The position numbers and the translations under genes were made by a program. A stretch of 64,000 nt of DNA. Origin: Candidatus Omnitrophota bacterium (GTDB taxonomy: Bacteria > Omnitrophota > Gorgyraeia > Gygaellales > UBA12090). The stretch is from contig JAUSCZ010000007.1 of the NCBI GenBank assembly GCA_030674475.1, forward strand, positions 669 to 64,668, given 5' to 3'. The notes beneath the pieces are model-generated. The model did not search any database. It was not told where the DNA came from and saw nothing but the letters and a program-made list of their open reading frames with translations. Shown here one piece after another: positions 34,320 to 44,108 of the stretch. Each line of letters begins with the position of its first letter. Position 1 is the stretch's first letter.

Positions 34320-35243
34320 ATGGAAATGCTTTATCAGCGCGATGTGTACGGACAGACCTTAATTGAGCTGGGTAAGAAAGATTCTAATATTGTGGTTTTG
34401 GATGCTGACCTTTCCGGCTCAACCCGCACCTGTCTTTTTGCCAAAGAATTTAAGGACAGGTTTGTTAATTTCGGGGTGGCAGAACAGAATATGGTGGCCG
34501 CCTCCGCCGGCCTGGCCAGCTGCGGAAAAATAGTGTTTCTCTCAACCTTTGCCATATTTGCCACCGGGAGGGCCTGGGATCAGGTAAGAAATACCGTTGC
34601 CTATAATAACTTTAACATTAAGATTGTGGCTACTCACGCCGGGGTGAGCGTGGGTCCGGATGGGGCATCGCATCAGGCTTTAGAGGACATTGCCCTGATG
34701 CGTATAGTCCCGACCATGAAGATTATTGTCCCGGCTGACGGGCCCCAGACCCGCGACGCGGTAATCGCGGCTTATACTACTCCGGGCCCGGTATACGTCC
34801 GATTAGGCCGGCCCAAGGTTCCCACGATAACCGCGGATAAAACCTTTGAATTCGGTAAAGCCCAAATTTTGACCCCGGGAAATGATCTGACTATAATCGC
34901 CTGCGGAATAATGGTAAAATCCGCTCTTGAGGCGGCAGGCCGTCTCAAAGAAAAAGGCCTCAGTTGCCGGGTGATTAATATGCATACCGTAAAGCCTGTT
35001 GATTCTCAGGCAATAATAGAAGCGGCGAGGGAAACCAAAGGCATTGTGGTTTGTGAAGAACATACGGTGATGGGCGGGTTGGCGTCAGCGGTAGATGAAA
35101 TCGTGGCTGAGAATTTGCCGGTCAAGGTTATACGCGTAGGGGTAAAGAACCGCTATGGACAGTCCGGAGAACCGGATGAGCTGATTAAGGAATACGGGCT
35201 TTCGGTTGAGGATATCATTAGTGCCTGTGGAAAGATTGTTTGA
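34320..35243 (+). CDS. Transketolase, C-terminal subunit
   Basis: DADLSGST, GVAEQNM, GPDGASHQ, EEH. Confidence 0.93.
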   Translation: MEMLYQRDVYGQTLIELGKKDSNIVVLDADLSGSTRTCLFAKEFKDRFVNFGVAEQNMVAASAGLASCGKIVFLSTFAIFATGRAWDQVRNTVAYNNFNIKIVATHAGVSVGPDGASHQALEDIALMRIVPTMKIIVPADGPQTRDAVIAAYTTPGPVYVRLGRPKVPTITADKTFEFGKAQILTPGNDLTIIACGIMVKSALEAAGRLKEKGLSCRVINMHTVKPVDSQAIIEAARETKGIVVCEEHTVMGGLASAVDEIVAENLPVKVIRVGVKNRYGQSGEPDELIKEYGLSVEDIISACGKIV

Positions 35244-36190
35244 TCCTTGAAATGATTAAGAAAAAATCGCCGGTGAGCCTTAAAGCGGATAAAAGAATAC
35301 AAAAAATCCCCGGCGGGGTCCAGGTTTTATCTTACGCTAAATTAAATCTTTACTTAGAGATTTTAGATAAACGTCCGGATGGTTACCATAACCTGGAGAC
35401 AATTTTTGAACGCGTATCCTTAGCGGATGAAATAGTTATAAAAAGGGCTCCCGGTAATTCCATAAGAATAGAAACCGATTCTCCGGATATACCTAAAGGC
35501 TCAGGAAATTTAGCGCATCAGGCCGCGGAGCTTTTAAAGAAAGACCTTGGTATCTCTGCCGGCTTGGTGATTAAGATAAAAAAGCGTATTCCGGTAGGCG
35601 CGGGTTTAGGCGGTGGTTCAAGTAATGCCGCCAGTACTCTTTTAGGATTAAATTACTTCTGGAATTTAGGTTTAAGCGCTGAAGAATTAAAAGAGTATGC
35701 CTCGCGCCTGGGTAGCGATGTAGCTTTTTTTGTCTATAATTATCCTTTGGCAATCGGACGCGCAAGGGGAGAGCGGATAGAACCCTGGAGTGGTTTTAAA
35801 AAGAAGCTCTGGCACGTGATAGCCGTTCCTAAATTAAATGTCTCTACCGCTCTAATATACCGGGATTTAGATGTATCGCGCGAACAGACAGGAAATAAAA
35901 AAGCCTTTGGCTCATCAAGGATAAAAAATCTAGGGACGAACGGTAGTTCGTCCCTACGCGTCAAAGATATTTTATTCAATCGCCTTGAGGAAGTAACTTT
36001 TAAAAGATATCCTCAAGTAGGCAGGCTTAAGCGGAATTTAGAAGCGCGAGGACTCAAAAACGCGCTGATGTCCGGCTCCGGCTCCGCGGTCTTTGGGATG
36101 GTGGGAAGCAGAAAGGGGGGGTTGAGAATAGCTAAAATTTTGAAGCGTTCTAAGAATCTCAAGGTCTTTGTCGCGGAAACCGCCGTTTAA
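35240..36190 (+). CDS. ispE: 4-diphosphocytidyl-2-C-methyl-D-erythritol kinase
   Basis: AKLNL, IPVGAGLGGGSSNAA, GSDV, MSGSGS; palindromic in-frame insert at 35930-35957. Confidence 0.93.
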   Translation: MILEMIKKKSPVSLKADKRIQKIPGGVQVLSYAKLNLYLEILDKRPDGYHNLETIFERVSLADEIVIKRAPGNSIRIETDSPDIPKGSGNLAHQAAELLKKDLGISAGLVIKIKKRIPVGAGLGGGSSNAASTLLGLNYFWNLGLSAEELKEYASRLGSDVAFFVYNYPLAIGRARGERIEPWSGFKKKLWHVIAVPKLNVSTALIYRDLDVSREQTGNKKAFGSSRIKNLGTNGSSSLRVKDILFNRLEEVTFKRYPQVGRLKRNLEARGLKNALMSGSGSAVFGMVGSRKGGLRIAKILKRSKNLKVFVAETAV

Positions 36191-36236
36191 CGTGTGTTAA
36201 GAAAGTAAAAAAGCTTAAAACTGGAGGGATACAGCT

Positions 36237-36644
36237 ATGGAAATAACCGAAGTAAGAATATTTTTAAAAGATTCAGTGGATAAAAAACTTAAGGCCTACG
36301 CCACGGTTACATTTGATGATGCTTTTGTGGTAAGGAATATAAAAGTTATCGAGGGCTCCAGCGGTCTATTCATCGCTATGCCTTCGCGTAAAATAAAACA
36401 GCCCTGTCCGAAGTGCGGCTACCGTAATGAAATCCGCAGTAAATACTGTAACCAGTGCGCGGCTCAACTTCCTTTGGTTTCGGAGCCGATTACAGGTGAG
36501 TCTCAGGCCTCGGATATGCAGGCTGAACATAAGGATATCGCTCATCCCATAACCCAGATTTTCCGGGAACAGCTTCAAAAGAAGGTCATTGAGGCCTACG
36601 AGCAGGAAAAGAAAAAGGGACCCCGCGTAGCGGTTAAAGAGTAG
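36237..36644 (+). CDS. spoVG: SpoVG-family nucleic-acid-binding protein with Zn-ribbon insertion
   Basis: MEITEVRI, LFIAMPSRK, DIAHPI; CPKC...CNQC insert. Confidence 0.9.
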   Translation: MEITEVRIFLKDSVDKKLKAYATVTFDDAFVVRNIKVIEGSSGLFIAMPSRKIKQPCPKCGYRNEIRSKYCNQCAAQLPLVSEPITGESQASDMQAEHKDIAHPITQIFREQLQKKVIEAYEQEKKKGPRVAVKE

Positions 36645-36720
36645 TTAATAGTTTATGGTTTATAGTTTATCCGTAGGGGCAGGTTCCGAACCTGCCCCTA
36701 CCATCAACCATAAACTGTTA
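36642..36720. repeat. GTAG REP (36673-36701) nested in inverted heptamer repeats
   Basis: GTAGGGGCAGGTTCCGAACCTGCCCCTAC flanked by TAGTTTA-like and TAAAC-like units. Confidence 0.75.
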
Positions 36721-36732
36721 TCGTGAAAAATC

Positions 36733-36803
36733 TGCCCGGTAGTGTAATGGTAGCACACGAGAATTTGGATCTCGGCGTTGAGGTTCGAGCCCTCACCGGG
36801 CAA
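36733..36803 (+). tRNA. tRNA-Gln(TTG)
   Basis: Cloverleaf: acceptor TGCCCGG/CCGGGCA, anticodon stem CGAGA/TCTCG with loop ATTTGGA, T-arm TGAGG-TTCGAGC-CCTCA; CCA not encoded; usual ispE-prs neighbourhood. Confidence 0.92.
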
Positions 36804-36913
36804 TGGTTCGACGCGCTCCGACGGCATTTGCCGTCGGAGCTTGCTCACCATTTGTAAGCGGCGAACCATCCCGAGCAAGCGACGAACGTAGTGAGGAGCG
36901 CGTCGAGGGATAT

Positions 36914-37192
36914 ATGTGGTATGTTTATATGTTAAAATGTCAAGACGGTGCAATTTATACAGGTATTACCGATGACATCGCAAGACGCTTTAAGGAACAC
37001 GCGCAAGGTAAAGGCGGACATTACACGAATTGCAACAGGCCAAGAGAAGTTTTGTATAAAGAGCCTTTTGAGGATAGATTGGACGCAGAGCAACGTGAAC
37101 AACAGATTAAACGTTGGAGCAAGGTAAAGAAGCTGGCTTTAATCGGGGGCGATAAGAGTGAATTGATAAACTTGAGTAAATCTCGAGATTAG
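36914..37192 (+). CDS. GIY-YIG nuclease family protein (YhbQ-like)
   Basis: WYVYML.C.DG.IYTGIT.D..RR..EH..G.G..YT, REQQIK; start reassigned to ATG 36914. Confidence 0.9.
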   Translation: MWYVYMLKCQDGAIYTGITDDIARRFKEHAQGKGGHYTNCNRPREVLYKEPFEDRLDAEQREQQIKRWSKVKKLALIGGDKSELINLSKSRD

Positions 37193-37204
37193 CCAATCAA
37201 AAAA

Positions 37205-38503
37205 ATGAAACATAAATTCGCGGGGATAATTTTAGCGGCGGGTAAAGGGACGCGGATGAAGTCGGAAATTCCCAAGGTGATGCATCCTCTCTGCGGCCGG
37301 CCGATGCTGGCCTATGTTTTGGATTTGGCTAAAACCCTTAAATTGGACCGGACCATTGTTATCACCGGACACGGTAGAGAACTATTGCAAGGCCTTCTGG
37401 CTGAGTATAGAGCCAAGAGCGTATATCAGGATAGGCTGGTGGGCACTGCTGATGCCGTCCGAAGAACAGAGAGCGCCCTGAAAGATTTCTCCGGAAATTT
37501 ATTGATCCTTTACGGGGACCAGCCGCTTTTAAAAGCCGAAACCTTAAAGAAGCTTATCCAGACGCATATTTCCAGCAATGCCTCGGCTACTATTTTGACC
37601 GCCCGCATGGATAATCCCTTTGGATACGGAAGGATTATCCGGGATAATCACGGCCGAGTCCGGGCTATTATGGAAGAAAAAGACGCCTCCGAGGAGCAAA
37701 AAAGGGTCAAAGAAATAAATACCGGGATAATTTGTTTTAGAAAGGATATTCTTTTTAACGCCATAGCCAGGATAAAACCGGATAACGCCAAGAAGGAATA
37801 TTATCTCACCGATGCCATAAAAATAATGGCGGCCAAGGGGCTGACTATTGAGTCTTTATGTCTAAGCGAAGATGTCCGGGAGGCCCAGGGGATAAATTCG
37901 CGGATAGATTTAGCTCAGGCTCAAAAGATTATGCGCCAGCGGATCTTAGACAATTTTATGGCCTCCGGGGTTAGTATTATTGACCCGGACACTACCTATA
38001 TAGAAGCAGGGTGTAAAATAGGCCAGGATACCGTAATTTATCCCTTTACAGTTATTGAAAAGGATGTTATAATTAAAAAATTCTGCTCAATCGGGCCTTT
38101 TTGTCATTTAAGGCCGGGCACCAGGATTGAAGATAAAGCGGTGATTGGCAATTTTACCGAGATAGTCCGTTCGCGTATTGGCCAGGATACCCTGATGAAG
38201 CATTTCAGTTATCTGGGTGATGCCGTGGTGGGAAGAGCGGTGAATATCGGCTGTGGCACAGTTTCGGCCAATTTTGACGGCAAGAATAAGCAGAAGACGA
38301 TTATAGGAGAGGGCGCCTTTATCGGCTCTGATACGATATTAAGAGCTCCGGTTAAAATCGGGAAAAAGGCGGTTACGGGGTGTGGTTCGGTGATAATCAA
38401 GGATGTTTTGGCCGGAGAAGTGGTGGCAGGTGTGCCGGCCAGACCGTTAAAATTTAAAATCCTAAATCCTAAACAAATTCAAAACCCTCAACTCAAAACA
38501 TAG
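37205..38503 (+). CDS. glmU: Bifunctional UDP-GlcNAc pyrophosphorylase / GlcN-1-P acetyltransferase
   Basis: LAAGKGTRMKS, GYGRI, EYYLTD, hexapeptide repeats, HFSYLGD. Confidence 0.93.
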   Translation: MKHKFAGIILAAGKGTRMKSEIPKVMHPLCGRPMLAYVLDLAKTLKLDRTIVITGHGRELLQGLLAEYRAKSVYQDRLVGTADAVRRTESALKDFSGNLLILYGDQPLLKAETLKKLIQTHISSNASATILTARMDNPFGYGRIIRDNHGRVRAIMEEKDASEEQKRVKEINTGIICFRKDILFNAIARIKPDNAKKEYYLTDAIKIMAAKGLTIESLCLSEDVREAQGINSRIDLAQAQKIMRQRILDNFMASGVSIIDPDTTYIEAGCKIGQDTVIYPFTVIEKDVIIKKFCSIGPFCHLRPGTRIEDKAVIGNFTEIVRSRIGQDTLMKHFSYLGDAVVGRAVNIGCGTVSANFDGKNKQKTIIGEGAFIGSDTILRAPVKIGKKAVTGCGSVIIKDVLAGEVVAGVPARPLKFKILNPKQIQNPQLKT

Positions 38504-38594
38504 AAAATTTCATATTCTACTTTTTCTGTTTTGGATTTTGAGTTTTAAACATTTGAGTTTGTTTAGAGTTTAGAGTTTCGGGTTTAGAGTTTTG
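38452..38594. repeat. Inverted heptamer array overlapping the glmU 3' end
   Basis: AAATCCT/AAATTCA... then TTTTGAG/TTTAGAG... Confidence 0.75.
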
Positions 38595-38612
38595 ATATTT
38601 TAATTTATTATT

Positions 38613-39551
38613 ATGGATAAATTAGCCGTAGTTACCGGTAATGCCAATCCGGAATTAGCCAGAAAAATCTGCAGGTATCTTAAGATCAAGCTCTCTGAAT
38701 GTTTGGTGGGAAAGTTCAGCGAAGGAGAAATCAGGGTTAAGATAGAAGAAAATATCCGTGGTAAGGATGTATTTGTGGTCCAGCCGACCTGCACTCCGGT
38801 TAATGACAACTTGATGGAACTCCTGATTATTATTGATGCCCTAAAAAGGGCCTCCGGGAAACGGATCACCGCGGTCATGCCGTATTACGGCTATGCCCGC
38901 CAGGACCGCAAGGATCAGCCCAGAGTTCCTATTACGGCAAAGCTGGTAGCTAATCTGATTACTGTGGCCGGGGCAGACCGGGTTTTAACCATGGATCTGC
39001 ATGCCGGTCAGATTCAGGGTTTCTTTGATATACCCTTAGACCATCTTTTTGCCGTGGGCGTGATGGTGGAGTATTTTAAAAAGTTGAAGCTTAGCGATTT
39101 GGTGGTGGTTTCTCCTGATGTAGGCGGTATTAAAATGGCCAGGGCTTATGCCAAGAGGCTGGAGGCCGGGCTGGCTATCGTGGATAAACGCCGGATTTCC
39201 CCGGAGTCCACCGAGGCAGTGCATATCTTAGGTGATGTTGAAGGCAAAAATGTCCTTTTGGTTGATGACCTTATTTCTACCGGTTCTTCTCTGATTGAGG
39301 CGGTAGAGATTCTCAGCCAGCGGGGGGCCAAGGAAATCCGGGCGGCAATTACTCACGGCGTGCTTTGCGGTTCGGCCCTTGAGCGGATAGAGAAATGCAA
39401 AAAACTTAAAGAGTTGGTGATTACTGACAGCATTCCTTTGGATGATGCTAAGAAAAATATCCGGATAAAGGTTTTATCGGCAGCCGAACTTTTTGGCGAG
39501 GCAATCAAGAGGATTCACGGTGAGGAATCAGTCAGTTCATTATTTGATTAG
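38613..39551 (+). CDS. prs: Ribose-phosphate pyrophosphokinase
   Basis: FSEGE, YARQDRK, DLHAGQIQGFFD, SPDVGG, VDDLISTG. Confidence 0.96.
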   Translation: MDKLAVVTGNANPELARKICRYLKIKLSECLVGKFSEGEIRVKIEENIRGKDVFVVQPTCTPVNDNLMELLIIIDALKRASGKRITAVMPYYGYARQDRKDQPRVPITAKLVANLITVAGADRVLTMDLHAGQIQGFFDIPLDHLFAVGVMVEYFKKLKLSDLVVVSPDVGGIKMARAYAKRLEAGLAIVDKRRISPESTEAVHILGDVEGKNVLLVDDLISTGSSLIEAVEILSQRGAKEIRAAITHGVLCGSALERIEKCKKLKELVITDSIPLDDAKKNIRIKVLSAAELFGEAIKRIHGEESVSSLFD

Positions 39552-39637
39552 TGATAAATATTAGTAACCAGTAACCAGTAACCAGTTGTTAGTAACTAGA
39601 AAAATTTTCTGGTTTCTCCCGAACGAAGTGAGGGTAT

Positions 39638-40345
39638 ATGGAAGAGATAATTTTGGAAGCGCAAATAAGAAAAGATAGGGGCACAGGCAGGGTTAATCGT
39701 CTGCGTAAGCAGGCAATTATCCCGGCAGTGGTTTACGGCGAGGGACGAAAAACGCTTACCATACAGGTGCGTTCAAAGGATTTTGTGAATTTGATGTCGG
39801 CGCATCATGGTGAGTCTTTTGTTTTGAACCTGAGGATAAAAGAAGACCTGAAAAATGAAGACAAGGCGGTTTTGATCAAGCAGATCCAGCATAATCCGGT
39901 CACCGACGATATAGTGCATATTGATTTTAATGAGATTTCTCTGACTAAAAAAATAAGGGTAAAGGTTCCGGTTGCCGCCAAGGGTGAGTCTGTCGGGGTT
40001 AAGCAGGACGGCGGGGTATTAGACCATGTCCTCTGGGAGATTGAGGTTGAGTGTTTGCCTACCCAGATACCCAAATCAGTTGAGGTGGATGTTACCGCTT
40101 TAAAAGTGGGTGATTCTATTCATGTCCGGAATCTGGTTATCCCTCAAGGCTTGAAGGTGTTTAATGACCCTGAAGCGACAGTATTGGCGGTGGTCGCTCC
40201 GACCAAGGAAGAAGCCGCGCCAACAGCTGAAGAAGCATTGGCAGCAGGGGCAAAGGCTGAGCCTGAAGTGATTAAGGAGAAGAAGGAAAAGGCCGAAGGC
40301 GCGGAGGGTGCCTCTACCAAGACAGCTCCGGGAGAGAAGAAGTAG
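39638..40345 (+). CDS. rplY: 50S ribosomal protein L25/Ctc
   Basis: RLRK...IPAVVYG, HIDF, long Ctc form. Confidence 0.93.
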   Translation: MEEIILEAQIRKDRGTGRVNRLRKQAIIPAVVYGEGRKTLTIQVRSKDFVNLMSAHHGESFVLNLRIKEDLKNEDKAVLIKQIQHNPVTDDIVHIDFNEISLTKKIRVKVPVAAKGESVGVKQDGGVLDHVLWEIEVECLPTQIPKSVEVDVTALKVGDSIHVRNLVIPQGLKVFNDPEATVLAVVAPTKEEAAPTAEEALAAGAKAEPEVIKEKKEKAEGAEGASTKTAPGEKK

Positions 40346-40370
40346 TGACAGCACATTGTGCTGTCACTAC
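40342..40370. repeat. GTAG-type palindrome between rplY and pth
   Basis: GTAGTGACAGCACA-T-TGTGCTGTCACTAC. Confidence 0.75.
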
Positions 40371-40943
40371 ATGAGGCTTCAGGTGAAGCTGGTTGTAGGT
40401 TTAGGGAATCCCGGCCCGGAATATAGAAACAGCCGGCATAATTTGGGTTTTATGGCCCTTGACGGTCTGGTCAAAGATTTATTGCTTGAGTTTAAGCTTG
40501 ACAAAGAGAGCCGCTCAATGCGGACAACAACTTTTTTTAATAAAGAAGATGTTATCTTATGCAAGCCTCTTACCTATATGAATCTTTCCGGTGAGAGCGT
40601 CTTGAAGCTGAAAACAATAAATAAGCTCACCGCGCGGGATATCCTGGTTGTCTGCGATGATATAAGTTTAGAACTGGGCAGGTTAAGAATCAGGGCCAAG
40701 GGAAGCTCCGGAGGCCATAAAGGGTTGAATTCCATTATTAAGGTTTTAGGTTCAAATGAATTCAGCCGCCTGCGCATCGGGGTATCTTTACCAAAAAAAA
40801 ATCAGGATGTAAGCGATTATGTATTGACTGATTTCTCTTCCTCTGAAAAAAAGACAATCCGTCAGGCCCTGGATACGGCGAAAGAGGCGGTTGTATGCTG
40901 GCTGAAAGAGGGGATAGAAACAGCGATGAATAAGTATAACTGA
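40371..40943 (+). CDS. pth: Peptidyl-tRNA hydrolase
   Basis: GLGNPG..Y..SRHN.GF, KPLTYMNLSG, GGHKGL; start ATG 40371 (or GTG 40383). Confidence 0.94.
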   Translation: MRLQVKLVVGLGNPGPEYRNSRHNLGFMALDGLVKDLLLEFKLDKESRSMRTTTFFNKEDVILCKPLTYMNLSGESVLKLKTINKLTARDILVVCDDISLELGRLRIRAKGSSGGHKGLNSIIKVLGSNEFSRLRIGVSLPKKNQDVSDYVLTDFSSSEKKTIRQALDTAKEAVVCWLKEGIETAMNKYN

Positions 40944-40961
40944 TAATAAGAGGAGAAAGTA

Positions 40962-41252
40962 ATGATTAATAATTATGAGGCAATGTTTATATTGCAGCCG
41001 AACCTAAATGAGGCGCAAGGTAAAGAAGCTTTCGCTCAGTTGGATGAAGCGATAATTAAAAATGAAGGCCAGATAGTAACCTCCGGGATTTGGTCGGAGA
41101 AGAGGAAACTTGGTTATCCTATAAAAAAGTTTCAGGAAGGCCTTTACTATCTGATAACCTTTAAGGCTAAAGCTTCCGCTATCTTGAAGTTAAAGCAGAT
41201 TTATAAGCTTAATGAGAATATCCTCAGGATATTAATTACCAGGGCCGCGTAA
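40962..41252 (+). CDS. rpsF: 30S ribosomal protein S6
   Basis: YEAMFILQP, W...RKLGYPIKK, G.Y. Confidence 0.92.
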   Translation: MINNYEAMFILQPNLNEAQGKEAFAQLDEAIIKNEGQIVTSGIWSEKRKLGYPIKKFQEGLYYLITFKAKASAILKLKQIYKLNENILRILITRAA

Positions 41253-41309
41253 GGAACGGTTTAAAACCGTTCCCTGTTAATCACGGTTTTCAGCCGGAGG
41301 GAGCAAGTA

Positions 41310-41750
41310 ATGGCTAATTTTAACAAGGTGTTATTAATGGGAAATCTTACTAAGGATCCCGAACTGCGTTATACTCCCCAGGGCACCGCGGTGGTTAATT
41401 TAAGGATGGCGGTAAACCGGCGCTGGAAGGATAAAACAGGGGAGTCTAAAGAAGAGGTCTGTTTTATTACCGTGGTAGCCTGGGATAAACAGGCGGAAGT
41501 CTGCAACCAGTATCTGCGTAAAGGCGCTCCGGTATTTGTTGAGGGAAGGCTGCAGTCGCGTTCCTGGGAAGATGCTACCGGAGGCAAGCGCAGTGTGGTT
41601 GAGGTCCGGGCGGAGAGGGTGCAGTTTTTAAGTTCGTCTCAAGGCGCCTCAGGAGCAAGGGAGCAATCCCAGCCTGACGCGGATGTTATATCAGAAGTAA
41701 GTCCTCAGCAGATAGATTCTGATTCTTTACAGGAAGACAATATTTCGTAG
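41310..41750 (+). CDS. ssb: Single-stranded DNA-binding protein
   Basis: NKVLLMGNLTKDPELRYT, VEGRLQSRSW. Confidence 0.95.
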   Translation: MANFNKVLLMGNLTKDPELRYTPQGTAVVNLRMAVNRRWKDKTGESKEEVCFITVVAWDKQAEVCNQYLRKGAPVFVEGRLQSRSWEDATGGKRSVVEVRAERVQFLSSSQGASGAREQSQPDADVISEVSPQQIDSDSLQEDNIS

Positions 41751-41770
41751 ACGTAGATGGAGGGAGTGTA

Positions 41771-42115
41771 ATGATTAAAAAAAGTTTTGCCGGTAGAAGC
41801 ACCGGCTCAGGCGCGGGCCGCGGCGCGGGACGCGGCGCGGGACGCGGCGGCGGCAGGAATGTCAAAGGCAAGGTATTTACGCTAAAGAAAGAAAATGAAT
41901 TCGGTTTACCCAGAAAGAAAGTATGCCGTTTTTGTATTGAGAATGTTAAAGCAATTGATTATAAGGATACTAAAAGGCTGGAAAAGTTTATTAACGAAAG
42001 AGGTAAGATGATTTCCCGCCGGGCAACTGGCGCCTGCACTAAGCATCAAAGAGGATTAGGCCGGGCAATTAAACTTACCAGGTATATGGCTTTATTGCCG
42101 TATGTAAGGACTTAG
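41771..42115 (+). CDS. rpsR: 30S ribosomal protein S18 with N-terminal Gly/Arg extension
   Basis: CRFC, IDYKD, ERGK..SRR.TG.C..HQR. Confidence 0.92.
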   Translation: MIKKSFAGRSTGSGAGRGAGRGAGRGGGRNVKGKVFTLKKENEFGLPRKKVCRFCIENVKAIDYKDTKRLEKFINERGKMISRRATGACTKHQRGLGRAIKLTRYMALLPYVRT

Positions 42116-42151
42116 CGCGGTAGTATTTAAAATCAAAGAAGTGGAGAATAT

Positions 42152-42595
42152 ATGAAAGTTATATTAAAGCAGGATGTGGAAAAATTAGGAAAGGCCTGGG
42201 ATGTGGTTAATATCAAAGACGGCTATGCCAGGAATTTTTTGTTTCCCCGGGGGCTTATTCTCGCGGTAACCAAAGAAAACTTAAAGCTTAAGGAAAAATT
42301 AGAGGCCTCTAAGGCTGTCTTGGAAGAAAAGAATAAAAAAGAGGCCCAGGGCCTGGCTAAGAAACTTCTGACTGAGTCTTTTACCCTTACCCGGGAGGCA
42401 ACGGCCGAGGATAAACTCTATGGAAGCATTGACGCTCAAGAGCTTGAGAAATTATTAAAGAGCGAAGGGTATGATATTGACAAGAAAAACATCCTCCTGG
42501 CTGAACCGATAAAGTCTTTAGGCGCCTATACTGTGGATTTAAAACTGCATCCTGAGGTCACCGCTGCAATCAAGGTTTGGATAGTCAGGAAGTAA
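42152..42595 (+). CDS. rplI: 50S ribosomal protein L9
   Basis: MKVILKQDVEKLG, GYARNFLFP, KLYGSI. Confidence 0.95.
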   Translation: MKVILKQDVEKLGKAWDVVNIKDGYARNFLFPRGLILAVTKENLKLKEKLEASKAVLEEKNKKEAQGLAKKLLTESFTLTREATAEDKLYGSIDAQELEKLLKSEGYDIDKKNILLAEPIKSLGAYTVDLKLHPEVTAAIKVWIVRK

Positions 42596-42719
42596 ATTTA
42601 ATGACAAATGACAAAATCCAAAGCTCAAAATAAATCCAAAACCTAAATATCCGAAACTCTTGTTTTGGTATTGGTGTTTAGAAATTATTTTGGATTTTGT
42701 GCTTTGTTATTTGAATTTA
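42595..42719. repeat. Inverted heptamer array between rplI and dnaB
   Basis: AATGACA/AAATCCA... then TTTTGGT/TTTGGAT/TTTGAAT. Confidence 0.7.
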
Positions 42720-42723
42720 ATCG

Positions 42724-44067
42724 ATGCCTCAGGAACTTATCTTAGAAAAACTCCCGCCCCAGAATCTCGAAGCTGAAATGGCTGTTTTAGGTTCGATGCT
42801 TATTGACGAAGAAGCCATTGCCCAGGCAATTGAGATTTTATCTCCGGAATTATTCTACAAAGACAGCCACCGCCGCATCTATAACTGCATACTGGGGTTG
42901 TTTAATCAGAATAAGGCCATTGATATTATTACCATCTGTGAGGAATTGAAGAAGCAGAATATCCTGGATAAGGTTGAAGGGCCCAGCTATATAGCCTCAT
43001 TGGTTAATACCGTCCCTACCGCGGCCAATATTCAGCATTACGCCCATATCGTCAGGGAAAAGGCAACCTTGCGGGCTTTAATCAGTAATTCTACCCGGAT
43101 AATCAGCGATGCCTATACCGCTGAAGGGAATACTGATGTGGTTTTGGATGACGCCGAGCGGCTTATCTTTGAAATCAGGGATCAGCGCAAATCAGGCCAG
43201 GTTGTCCCCCTGAAGGAAATAATCAAGGATTCTATTGAGGCAATTGATAAGCTTTATCAGAGGAAGGTTCATGTTACCGGAATAGCCAGCGGATACACCG
43301 ATTTTGACATCAAGACCGCCGGCCTTCAGCCTTCAGACCTGATTATTGTCGCCGGCCGGCCTTCGATGGGTAAAAGCGCGCTGGCTTTAGGGATGGTGGA
43401 ATATGCCGCGGTTATCGAAAAAGTGCCTACCGCGTTTTTTAGCTTGGAAATGTCTAAAGAGCAGCTGGTTCAGCGTCTTCTTTGCTCTCATGCCAGGGTT
43501 GACGCCCATAAGGTGCGCACGGGTTTTTTATCGCTTTCCGATTGGCCGAAATTAACCGCCGCCGCCGGTAAACTTTCCGAGGCCCCTATTTTTATTGATG
43601 ATACTCCGTCTATTTCAGCAATGGAATTAAGGGCCAAGGCCAGGAGGTTGAAATCTCAGTACGATATTAAGATGATTGTTTTGGATTATCTTCAGCTTAT
43701 GCGCGGCTCAAATAAGATTGAGAACAGACAACAGGAAATTTCCGATATATCGCGTTCGTTGAAAGCTTTGGCCAGAGAGTTGAATGTTCCGGTGATTGCC
43801 ATAAGCCAGCTCTCCCGGGCGGTAGAAAGCCGCACCGACCATAAGCCGCAGTTATCCGACCTCAGGGAATCGGGGGCGATTGAGCAGGACGCGGATGTGG
43901 TGGTTTTGCTTATGCGCGAAGAATATTATAATCCCACCGAAGAGAATAAGGGCCTGGCCGAGATAAACATTGCCAAACAGCGTAACGGCCCGGTAGGAGC
44001 CTTTAATCTGGTTTTTGTTAAGGAGTACGCCCGATTTGAGAATATGGCCCGGCCGGGAGAGGAATAA
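42724..44067 (+). CDS. dnaB: Replicative DNA helicase
   Basis: PPQNLEAE, GRPSMGKS, DYLQL, LSDLRESGAIEQDAD. Confidence 0.97.
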   Translation: MPQELILEKLPPQNLEAEMAVLGSMLIDEEAIAQAIEILSPELFYKDSHRRIYNCILGLFNQNKAIDIITICEELKKQNILDKVEGPSYIASLVNTVPTAANIQHYAHIVREKATLRALISNSTRIISDAYTAEGNTDVVLDDAERLIFEIRDQRKSGQVVPLKEIIKDSIEAIDKLYQRKVHVTGIASGYTDFDIKTAGLQPSDLIIVAGRPSMGKSALALGMVEYAAVIEKVPTAFFSLEMSKEQLVQRLLCSHARVDAHKVRTGFLSLSDWPKLTAAAGKLSEAPIFIDDTPSISAMELRAKARRLKSQYDIKMIVLDYLQLMRGSNKIENRQQEISDISRSLKALARELNVPVIAISQLSRAVESRTDHKPQLSDLRESGAIEQDADVVVLLMREEYYNPTEENKGLAEINIAKQRNGPVGAFNLVFVKEYARFENMARPGEE

Positions 44068-44108
44068 TTTAATTGCTTTTTGAAGTGTAATTCACTATAA
44101 TAAAATAT

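Noticed and set aside
36803-36913. N-terminal extension of the GIY-YIG ORF (likewise extensions of pth, lpxI, glutaredoxin and the response regulator)
   Set aside because: The extensions run through palindromic repeats or upstream genes; family-typical starts lie downstream.
42724-44067. Intein in DnaB
   Set aside because: Length of 447 aa is normal and the motifs are contiguous.
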